DNA from: an uncultured Acidobacteriota bacterium
GTDB lineage: Bacteria > Acidobacteriota > Thermoanaerobaculia > Multivoradales > UBA5704
Length of the DNA stretch: 64,000 nt
Reading direction: 5' to 3'
NCBI GenBank assembly: GCA_963770895.1
Contig: CAVYRF010000002.1
Coordinates: 544,001-608,000, forward strand
Shown: piece by piece, positions 32,078 to 40,373 of the stretch
Position numbering within the stretch: the stretch's first letter is position 1
Layout: each line of letters starts with the position of its first letter
Notes under the pieces: generated by a model
What the model was told of the DNA's origin: nothing
What the model saw: only the letters and a program-made list of their open reading frames with translations
The model's database searches: none
Position numbers and translations under genes: made by a program

Positions 32078-33145
32078 TCAGCTCTTCAGCTTGTCGTCGT
32101 CCACCCAGCGCTCAGCCAGCGGCGACGTCGCCTCCACCGGCGCCACCGGCGCCGTGGCGGCCGAAGCCGGTGCGGTCGCGGTGGCGGCGTTGCCCACCGC
32201 GTTGACCAGGAAGCTGCCCCAGGTCAGGTTGCTGCGGCCCGGCTGGTACGCCTGCGCCTTGCGGATCGCCATCTTGGCCGCGGCCTCGACGATCCAGTCG
32301 AAGTTATCTTGCCCGATCGAATGCAGGTCGGCATCCGGCGCCGGGTTGCAGAAGTCGATGGCATAGGCGATGCCGTCGCGCACCGCGAACTCCACGGTAT
32401 TGAAATCGTAGCCCAGCGCTTCGTTGAGCTTGAGCACCCCGTCGTGCACCTGCTCGAGCAGCGCCGGCGCGACCGGCGGCCCGTTGCGCACGTAGCGCTC
32501 GTGGAACGGCGCCTTGGGGTCGTACTGCATGATCCGTACGTCGCGGACGTCGATGCAGTAGCAGCGGAAATACTCCTTGAAGACGATCTCTTCCTGCAGC
32601 ATCATCACCAGCTGCCCGGTTTCGTCGTAGGCGCGGAAGAACTCCTCGGCGTTGTTGAGCCGGTAGACGTTCTTCCAACCCCCGCCGGCAAACGGCTTGA
32701 AGAAGGCCGGAAAGCCCACGTAGGCGAAGATCGCCTCCCAATCCAGCGGATAGGCCAGGTTGCGCATCGATTTTTCGCCGGTGTCCGGCGGATGCTGCTT
32801 GGACGGCAGCAGCACGGTCTTCGGCACCGGCACGCCGATCTTGGTCGCCAGGCAGTTGTTGAAAAACTTTTCGTCGGCGCTCCACCAGAACGGATTGTTC
32901 ACCACCGCCGTGCCATTGAGCGCCGCGTTCTTCAGGTAGCCACGGTAAAACGGCACGTCCTGCGAGATGCGATCGACGATCACCGCGTAGCCGGTATCGT
33001 CGCCCTGGATCACCTTTTCGATGCGCACCGGTTCCGCCGTCAAACCTGCTTCGGCGCCTTTGGCGTTGACGCGATCGATAAAAGCCCAGGGAAAGCTGTC
33101 CTCCTGGCCGAAAAGGATGCCGATCTTCGTGTTGGTCGTCGTCAT
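32078..33145 (-). CDS. ATP-grasp domain protein (RimK-like)
   Basis: VVNNPFWWSADEKF, GFPAFFKPFAGGGW, MLQEEI, TVEFAVRDG..IDFCNP. Confidence 0.85.
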   Translation of the reverse strand: MTTTNTKIGILFGQEDSFPWAFIDRVNAKGAEAGLTAEPVRIEKVIQGDDTGYAVIVDRISQDVPFYRGYLKNAALNGTAVVNNPFWWSADEKFFNNCLATKIGVPVPKTVLLPSKQHPPDTGEKSMRNLAYPLDWEAIFAYVGFPAFFKPFAGGGWKNVYRLNNAEEFFRAYDETGQLVMMLQEEIVFKEYFRCYCIDVRDVRIMQYDPKAPFHERYVRNGPPVAPALLEQVHDGVLKLNEALGYDFNTVEFAVRDGIAYAIDFCNPAPDADLHSIGQDNFDWIVEAAAKMAIRKAQAYQPGRSNLTWGSFLVNAVGNAATATAPASAATAPVAPVEATSPLAERWVDDDKLKS

Positions 33146-33161
33146 GGAGAGCTCTCCCCCC

Positions 33162-33881
33162 TCACAGTTTGGAAAGGTAACGCGGGAACATGTCCCGCCA
33201 AAGCGGCCAGTCGTGCTTGGCCCAGCGCCACAGATCGAACCAGTGCGAGATGCCCTTGCCGTCGAGCAGGCGCGAAAAGCTCTCGTTGGCCGCCAGGCAG
33301 ATGTCCCATTCGCCGGCGCCGAGCACGATGCCCATGTTGCGCAGGTGATGCAGATACCACGGATCGTTCAGCCCCTGCACGTAGTCGACGGGGTTGTTGA
33401 AGTAGGCGTTGTCGTCGTAGTAGCCGCCGAGAAACTGGCGGATGTCGAAAGCGCCGCTCATGCTGAACATCCACCCCACCTGGTCGGGGTGGCGCAGCGC
33501 CACGTTCAAGGCGTGATAGCCGCCGAAGCTGCAGCCGGCGACCGCCACCCGCGGGTGCCCGGTGTCCGCCCGCGCGTGCTCGAACACCTGGTGGACGATG
33601 ACTCGTTCGTACGCCATGTGCGTCCTGATGCGGTCGGCCGGGTGGATGCCCTGGTTGTACCAGCTGTCGCCGTCGATGCCGTCCGGGCAATACAGCTTGA
33701 CCCGCCCGGCCTCCACCAGGCCGCGCGCCGCCTCGATCAGGCGGAAGTCCTTGTATTCGTACCAGCGTCCCTGCGAGGTGGGAAACAGCACCACCGGCAC
33801 GCCGGCGTGACCGAACGCCAGCATGTCGAATCGACGCCCGCCCAGATACGGCGTCTGCCACTGGATGTGCTCTTCTTTCAA
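33162..33881 (-). CDS. Esterase-family alpha/beta hydrolase
   Basis: FGHAGVPVVLFPTSQG, GCSFGGYHA, HDWPLW; TTG start is inferred. Confidence 0.85.
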   Translation of the reverse strand: MKEEHIQWQTPYLGGRRFDMLAFGHAGVPVVLFPTSQGRWYEYKDFRLIEAARGLVEAGRVKLYCPDGIDGDSWYNQGIHPADRIRTHMAYERVIVHQVFEHARADTGHPRVAVAGCSFGGYHALNVALRHPDQVGWMFSMSGAFDIRQFLGGYYDDNAYFNNPVDYVQGLNDPWYLHHLRNMGIVLGAGEWDICLAANESFSRLLDGKGISHWFDLWRWAKHDWPLWRDMFPRYLSKL

Positions 33882-34018
33882 TGGTTTGCGATCCCAACCC
33901 CGGCCTGATTCAGGCACCAGGCGGCACGACGCCGAAAGGTTAGCACACCCCCGTCCTGGGGGCGGCGGAACGCGGCAGGAGCTAGGATTGGGCGCGAACC
34001 CTGCAAGAAGGAGCTGCC

Positions 34019-35386
34019 ATGGCAAAGATCGACAGCGTGAACCCGGCAACCGGCCAGACCCTGGCGAGCTACGACGAGATGAGCGCCAGGCAGGTCGGCG
34101 ACGCGATCGCCGCGGCGCACGCGGCGTTTCTCGACTGGCGCGACACGGACTTCGCGACGCGTGCCGAAGTGCTGCGCACGGCGGCGCGCCTGCTGCGCGA
34201 GCGGCGGCGCGACTATGCCGAGCTGATGAGCCGCGAAATGGGCAAGGTCGTGGCCGGCGGCCTGGGCGAAGTCGACAAGTGCGCCTGGGTCTGCGAGCAC
34301 TACGCCGCGCACGCGGCGACCCTGCTGGCGCCCCAGCCGGTCGAAACCGAGGCCCGCCGCAGCTACGTCGCCTTCGAACCGCTGGGCGTCGTGCTCGCGG
34401 TGATGCCCTGGAACTTCCCCTTCTGGCAGGTCTTCCGCTTTGCCGCGCCGGGCCTGATGGCGGGCAACGCGGGCCTGCTCAAGCACGCCTCCAACGTGCC
34501 GGGGTGCGCCCTGGCGATCGAAGAGGTGCTGCGCGACGCCGGTCTGCCGGCCGGCCTGTTCCGCACCCTGTTGATCCCGTCGCGCGACGTCCCGAGCGTG
34601 ATCGAGCACCCCCTGGTGGTCGCCGTCACGCTGACCGGCAGCACGCCCGCCGGCAAGGCCGTCGCCGCCGCGGCCGGCGGTCAGCTCAAGAAGACCGTGC
34701 TGGAGCTGGGCGGCAGCGATCCCTACCTGATCCTGGACGACGCCGACCTGGACAGCGCCGTCGCCACCTGTGTCGAAAGCCGCCTGATCAACACCGGCCA
34801 GAGCTGCATCGCCGCCAAGCGCTTCCTCATCCCGCGCCGCCACGCCGCCGCGATCGAGCAGCGCTTCGTCGCGGCCATGGCCGCCAAGGTGATGGGCGAC
34901 CCGCTCCAGGACGGCGTCCACCTGGGTCCGCTGGCACGCCGCGACCTGCGCGACGACCTGCACGCCCAGGTCCAGGCCAGCCGCCGCGCCGGCGCCCGCT
35001 GCCTGCTGGGCGGTGAGCTTCCCGACGGCCCAGGAGCCTTTTATCCGCCGACCGTGCTGGCCGACGTCAAGCCGGGCATGCCCGCCTACGACGAAGAGCT
35101 GTTCGGACCGGTCGCGGCGCTGATCGCCGTCGACGGCGAAGACGAAGCCGTGCGCGTCGCCAACGATTCCGTCTTCGGCCTGGGCGCCGCCGTCTTCACC
35201 GCCGACCCCGCCCGCGGCGAAGCGGTAGCCCGCCGCCTGGCCGCCGGCAGCTGCTTCGTCAACGAGCTGGTCAAGTCCGACCCCCGCCTCCCCTTCGGCG
35301 GCATCAAGCAGTCCGGCTACGGCCGCGAGCTGGGCGCCTTCGGCATCCGGGAATTCGTCAACATCAAGACCGTCTACGTAAAATGA
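34019..35386 (+). CDS. NAD(P)-dependent succinate-semialdehyde dehydrogenase (Sad/GabD-like)
   Basis: PWNFPFWQ, LKHASN, LTGS, LELGGSDP, GQSCIA, EELFGP, FGGIKQSGYGRE. Confidence 0.92.
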   Translation: MAKIDSVNPATGQTLASYDEMSARQVGDAIAAAHAAFLDWRDTDFATRAEVLRTAARLLRERRRDYAELMSREMGKVVAGGLGEVDKCAWVCEHYAAHAATLLAPQPVETEARRSYVAFEPLGVVLAVMPWNFPFWQVFRFAAPGLMAGNAGLLKHASNVPGCALAIEEVLRDAGLPAGLFRTLLIPSRDVPSVIEHPLVVAVTLTGSTPAGKAVAAAAGGQLKKTVLELGGSDPYLILDDADLDSAVATCVESRLINTGQSCIAAKRFLIPRRHAAAIEQRFVAAMAAKVMGDPLQDGVHLGPLARRDLRDDLHAQVQASRRAGARCLLGGELPDGPGAFYPPTVLADVKPGMPAYDEELFGPVAALIAVDGEDEAVRVANDSVFGLGAAVFTADPARGEAVARRLAAGSCFVNELVKSDPRLPFGGIKQSGYGRELGAFGIREFVNIKTVYVK

Positions 35387-35387
35387 T

Positions 35388-35433
35388 GCCGGGGGCGATC
35401 TCCGGAGATGATCTCCGGCGGTGATCTCCCGGC
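35388..35433. terminator. GC-rich nested inverted repeat between convergent genes
   Basis: GCCGGGGG...CCGGAGAT-G-ATCTCCGG...CTCCCGGC. Confidence 0.5.
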
Positions 35434-35449
35434 GCCGAAGCGAACGGAC

Positions 35450-35626
35450 CTAACAGTTCTTACAGCTCTTCGCCGTCGGGTTCTCGCAGGTGCAGCCGGT
35501 GATCGGGCAGGTGTTGACCACCGAACAGGCGGGAGTCAGCGCCCCGCCCCCCGCCACGCCGGCCAGCGAATCCAGCCGGTAGAGGGATTCGGCCATCAGC
35601 CGCAGCTTCTTCGTGCTCTTCTTCAT
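35450..35626 (-). CDS. Small double-glycine-leader, Cys/Thr-rich RiPP precursor-like peptide (58 aa)
   Basis: AAAGGAG RBS; MKKSTKKLRLMAESLYRLDSLAGVAGG|GALTPACSVVNTCPITGCTCENPTAKSCKNC. Confidence 0.75.
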   Translation of the reverse strand: MKKSTKKLRLMAESLYRLDSLAGVAGGGALTPACSVVNTCPITGCTCENPTAKSCKNC

Positions 35627-35722
35627 CGCGTCTCCTTTGGGGTTGCACCGCGCTCGTAATGAGCAGTGCCGCCGCGCCCCAGAATCGGGCCGGCGACGCC
35701 GGATACGCCGGCCGCTGATCGG

Positions 35723-35751
35723 TTGACAAGCGGCTGAGCATCCGGCACCAT
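35723..35751 (+). promoter_or_regulatory. Sigma70-type promoter for the structured RNA
   Basis: TTGACA-N17-CACCAT. Confidence 0.55.
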
Positions 35752-35877
35752 AGCTACATCGCTCCGCGCGCTCTTTTCGAGAGCGACGCGGCGGCTCCAA
35801 AGAGGCTTGGGCGGCCCACGGAGCTGGGCGGGCTGGGACCTGCCAAATAGGAAGACGCCCAGAAAGGAGGTGGTCCA

Positions 35878-35922
35878 GTGGACTTAGATAAACCCGGTTT
35901 GGTGGAGGTGGCGTCCTCGTAA
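35878..35922 (+). CDS. 14-aa small ORF MDLDKPGLVEVASS
   Basis: GTG 7 nt after GGAGG within AGAAAGGAGGTGGTCCAG; TAA stop. Confidence 0.45.
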   Translation: MDLDKPGLVEVASS

Positions 35923-36022
35923 GGGGAGATCCTCCTAAGCCTGGCTCTCTGGTTCTGACCAGTGCTGCAGGTCGGCTCCCCTCCAAGCGGGGGGAACCCA
36001 ACGCCACTGAGACCAACCCCTC

Positions 36023-36050
36023 AAGGCCCCGGCTTCGGCCGGGGCCTTTT
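36023..36050 (+). terminator. Intrinsic terminator
   Basis: AAGGCCCCGGC-TTCG-GCCGGGGCCTT followed by a T-rich tail. Confidence 0.9.
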
Positions 36051-36230
36051 GTGTTTCTGCCCGCCTCGACGCGGAGCCTCTTGATGCCGCCGTTGCCTCG
36101 CGCGCCAGTCCTCCCCTGACTCGCCGCCCCGCCGCAGCCTGGCGCGGCAGATGCATCCCTGCGCCGACAGCGCCGGTTTCGCTGTACGCTGCAGCTGACG
36201 GGCGGTGGTCGACGGGAGGGAGGTTCGCGG

Positions 36231-39200
36231 ATGGGGATCTGGGATCAACTGTCACGCTGGCCGGTCATCCAGCAAATCGCCACGCGGGACCTCAAGGGGC
36301 TGGGCGCCACCGCCGCTTCGGCGCACAGCCGCGGCCTGGCGCCGCGCACGCAGGCGGCGGACCGGGTGGTGCCTTCGGTGTGCCCGTACTGCGCCGTGGG
36401 CTGCGGCCAGCTGGTGTTCGTCAAGGACGAAAAGATCACCGACATCGAAGGCGATCCCGATTCGCCGGTTTCGAACGGCTGCCTCTGTCCCAAGGGGTCG
36501 GCGACGTTCCAGCTGGTCACCGGCGCCCATCGCCTGCAGCAGGTGCTCTACCGCCGGCCGCACGGCACCGAATGGGAAGTGCTGCCGCTCGAAACGGCCA
36601 TGGACATGGTGGCCGAGCGCGTCAAGGCGACCCGCGACGCCACCTTCATGGAGGAGCACCCCGACGGCTTCCCGGTGCGCCACACCCTGGGCATCGCCCA
36701 CCTGGGCGGCGCCACCCTCGACAACGAAGAGAACTACCTGATCAAGAAGCTGTTCAACAACCTGGGGATCGTGCAGATCGAAAACCAGGCCCGGATATGA
36801 CATTCCGCCACGGTCCCCAGTTTGGGGACCTCCTTCGGTAGGGGCGGCGCCACCACCTTCCCGGGCGACCTGCAGAACTCCGACTGCATCGTCATCCAGG
36901 GATCCAACATGGCGGAATGCCACCCGGTGGCGTTCCGCTACGTCATGGAAGCGAAGCGGCGCGGCGCGACGATCATCCACGTCGACCCGCGCTTCACCCG
37001 CACCAGCGCGGTCGCGGACCTGCACGTGCCGATCCGCGCCGGCAGCGACATCGCCTTCCTGGGCGCGGTGGTCAACTACGTCTTCGAGCACGAGCGCTGG
37101 TTCCACGACTACGTGGTCGCCTACACCAACGCGCCCGTCCTGGTGTCGGAAGACTTCCGCGACACCGAGGACCTGGACGGCCTGTTCAGCGGCTGGGACG
37201 CCGAGGGCGCCCGCTACAATCCCAGATCCTGGCAGTACGACGGCACCGAGATGCATCCCGCCGGGGGCCATCGCGAGCTGACCGCCGGCGAGCTCCACTC
37301 GCGGCGCGCCGTCGAAAGCGAGTGCGCCTCGCCGCTGCCGCTCGACCCGACGCTGCAACATCCGCGCTGCGTCTTCCAGGTCCTGAAGCGCCACTTCGCC
37401 CGCTACACGCCCGAGATGGTGGACGCGGTGTGCGGCGTGCCGCGCCACCTGTTCCTGCGCGTCGCCGAAGCGCTGTGCGCCAGCTCGGGGCGCGACCGCA
37501 CCGCCGCCTTCTGCTACGCCGTCGGCTGGACGCAGCACTCGGTGGGCGTGCAGTACATCCGCACCGCGGCGATCATCCAGCTGCTGCTCGGCAACATGGG
37601 CCGCCCCGGCGGCGGCATCCTGGCGCTGCGCGGGCACGCTTCCATCCAGGGCTCGACCGACGTGCCGACGCTGTTCAACCTGCTGCCCGGCTACATGGCG
37701 ATGCCGCAGGCCGGCAAGGACCTGGACTTCGCCACCTACGTCAAGCGCAACACCCCCGCCGGCGGCTGGTGGTCCGAGTTCCCCAAGTACGCGGTGTCGC
37801 TGCTCAAGGCGTGGTACGGCGCCGAAGCGACCGCCGACAACGGCTGGGCCTACGATCACCTGCCCTTCGTCCACGGCGACCATTCGCACATGACGACCGT
37901 CACGGCGATGGCCGACGGGCTGGTCAAGGGCTACTTCCTGATGGGCGAAAACCCCACCGTCGGCTCGATGCACGGCGCCCTGCAGCGCGCCGGGATGCGC
38001 CAGCTGGACTGGCTGGTGGTGCGCGATTTCGCGCTCATCGAAAGCGCCGACTTCTGGCGCCAGGCGCCGGAGATCTCGCGCGGCGAGGTGCGGCCCGAAG
38101 ACATCAAGACCGAGGTGTTCTTCTTCCCCTGCGCCGCGCACACCGAAAAGGACGGCACCTTCACCAACACCCAGCGCCTGTTGCAGTGGCACCACAAGGC
38201 GGTCGAGCCGCCGGGCGATTGCCGCAGCGAGCTGCACTTCGCCTTCCACCTGGGGCGCCGCCTGCGCCAGCTGTACGCCGGATCGCAGGCGCGGCGCGAC
38301 CGGCCGCTGCTGGCGATGACCTGGGACTATCCGACCACGGGGCCGACCGCGGAGCCCAGCGCCGAGGCGGTGCTGGCCGAGATCAACGGCTACAGCATCG
38401 CGCCCGACGGCAGCCGCAAGCCGGTAGGCGGCTTCACCGAGCTCAAAGCCGACGGCTCGACCGCCTGCGGCTGCTGGATCTATGCCGGCTGCCGCAAGGA
38501 CGGCGTGAACCTGACGGCGCGCCGCAAGCCGGCCCGCGAACAGAACTGGGTGGCGCTGGAATGGGCGTGGGCGTGGCCCGCCAACCGCCGCATCCTGTAC
38601 AACCGAGCCTCCGCCGACCCGCAGGGGCGCCCCTGGTCCGAGCGCAAGCGCTGCGTGTGGTGGGACGCGGACGCCAAGCGATGGACGGGCGAAGACGTGC
38701 CCGACTTCATCGCCGACCGGCCGCCGTCCTACTGTCCGCCCGAGGGCGCCACCGGCCTGGCCACCATCGCCGGCGATGCGACCGTTCATGCTGCAAGGCG
38801 ACGGGCGCGGCTGGCTGTTCGCTCCCAACGGCCTGCTGGACGGGCCGCTGCCCGCCCATTACGAGCCCGAAGAGGCGCAGTTCCACAACCCGTTCTACGC
38901 CCAGCAGTGCAACCCCACTCGCCTGGAATGGCGGCGCCGCGACAACCCCTACCATCGCGCCTGGGACGATCCCCGCTATCCGCACGTGATGACCACCTAC
39001 CGGCTGACCGAGCACCACACCGCCGGCGCCATGAGCCGCTGGCTGTCGTGGCTGTCCGAGCTGCAGCCCGAAATGTTCTGCGAGGTGTCGCCGGAGCTGG
39101 CGCGCCAATACGGCCTGGTCAACGGCGGCTGGGCGACGCTGAGCACCGCGCGCGCCGAGATCGAGGCGCGGGTGCTGGTGACCCAGCGCATGCCGCCGCT

Positions 39201-39558
39201 GCGCCTGGGCAGGCGCGTCGTGCACCAGATCGGCGTGCCCTACCATTGGGGCAGCAAGGGGAGGGTGGTGGGCGACGCCGCCAACGAGCTGATCAGCTTC
39301 GTCGGCGACCCCAACGTCTCGATTCAGGAGTCCAAGGCGCTGACCTGCGCCATCCAGCCCGGCCGCCGCAGCCGCGGTCGGCGGGTGGTCACCAGCGGCC
39401 CCCTGGCGGCGGCACTGACGGCGACGCCGGCGCCGGAGTCCGTGGACGGCGAACCGGCGGGCGGCGCCTGGTCCCGCGACCAGCCGCCGGTTTCGGCGCG
39501 TCAGCCCGGCCCGCACGGCATGGTGGCATCGGCGGCACAGCGCAACGAGGAGAGCTGA
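36231..39558 (+). CDS. fdnG: Selenocysteine-containing formate dehydrogenase alpha subunit (Mo/W-bisPGD); in-frame UGA at 36798 and one frameshift near 38780
   Basis: CPYCAVGCG..LCPKG Fe-S motif; ENQARI-U-HSATVPSLG; GSNMAECHP; ALRGHASIQG; C-terminal TTYRLTEHH continues in another frame. Confidence 0.92.
36812..36830 (+). promoter_or_regulatory. Bacterial SECIS element
   Basis: Hairpin GGTCCCCA-GTT-TGGGGACC starting 11 nt after the UGA. Confidence 0.8.
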
Positions 39559-39560
39559 GC

Positions 39561-40373
39561 ATGGCCAAGGGGTTCTTCACCGACACCACGCTGTGCATCG
39601 GCTGCAAGGCCTGCGAAGTGGCGTGCAAGCAGTGGAACCAGCTGCCGGACGACGGCCTGCAGTTCACCGCCATGTCGTACGACAACACCGCCGCCCTGGG
39701 AGCCTCCACCTGGCGGCACGTCTCGTTCATCGAACGGCCGGTGCCGCTGTCGGGACAGGAAACGGGGCTGGGCAATTTTTCCTGGCTGCTGATGTCCGAC
39801 GTGTGCAAGCACTGCCACCGCGCCGGCTGCCTGGAAGCCTGCCCCACCGGCGCCATCATCCGCACGGAATTCGACAGCGTCTACGTGCAGCCCGACATCT
39901 GCAACGGCTGCGGGTATTGCGTCGTCTCCTGCCCGTTCGGGGTCATCGACCGCCGCTCCGACGACGGCCGCGCCTGGAAGTGCACGCTGTGCTACGACCG
40001 GCTGCGCGGCGATCTGGAGCCCGCCTGCGCCAAGGCCTGCCCCACCGACTCGATCCTCTTCGGCGAGGTGGAAGAGCTCAAGGTGCACGCCATCGATCGC
40101 GTCCAGCGCCTGCACCGGCACGGCGTCGGCGAAGCCTGGCTGTACGGCGCCGACGAAGCCGGACAGCCCGGCACCGAAGGGCTGAACGCCTTCTTCCTGC
40201 TGCTCGACCGGCCCGAGGTGTACAACCTGCCGCCCAACCCGACGGCTCCCGCCAAGCGCGCCGCCGCCAGCTGGGGCGCCATGGGATTGGCCCTGGCCGG
40301 CCTGGCTGCCGCGGCGCTGGCCGCGGTGCTCTCGACCGCGGGCGACGATCGAGATCGGGACCGGTACGCATGA
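39561..40373 (+). CDS. fdnH: Formate dehydrogenase beta subunit (4x[4Fe-4S], C-terminal TM helix)
   Basis: CIGCKACEVAC, CKHC..CLEACP, CNGCGYCVVSCP, KCTLCYDR..PACAKACP; GAGGAG RBS. Confidence 0.9.
   Translation: MAKGFFTDTTLCIGCKACEVACKQWNQLPDDGLQFTAMSYDNTAALGASTWRHVSFIERPVPLSGQETGLGNFSWLLMSDVCKHCHRAGCLEACPTGAIIRTEFDSVYVQPDICNGCGYCVVSCPFGVIDRRSDDGRAWKCTLCYDRLRGDLEPACAKACPTDSILFGEVEELKVHAIDRVQRLHRHGVGEAWLYGADEAGQPGTEGLNAFFLLLDRPEVYNLPPNPTAPAKRAAASWGAMGLALAGLAAAALAAVLSTAGDDRDRDRYA

Larger units (their letters stand above)
35758..36050 (+). ncRNA. Putative structured small RNA (about 290 nt) containing a short ORF; family not recognised
   Basis: Bounded by a promoter and an intrinsic terminator; several stem-loops with UUCG/GNRA-type loops; lower GC than its flanks. 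Confidence 0.6.

Noticed and set aside
35758-36050. tmRNA, 6S, SRP, RNase P or a 16S rRNA fragment
   Set aside because: No tRNA-like ends or CCA, no ALAA-type tag, no SRP or RNase P consensus, not a single long 6S-like rod, and the 16S similarity is limited to 18 antisense nt
36822-40373. 1183-aa FdnG-FdnH fusion
   Set aside because: Produced by the frameshift near 38780; the true alpha C-terminus ends at 39558 and beta has its own RBS and ATG at 39561
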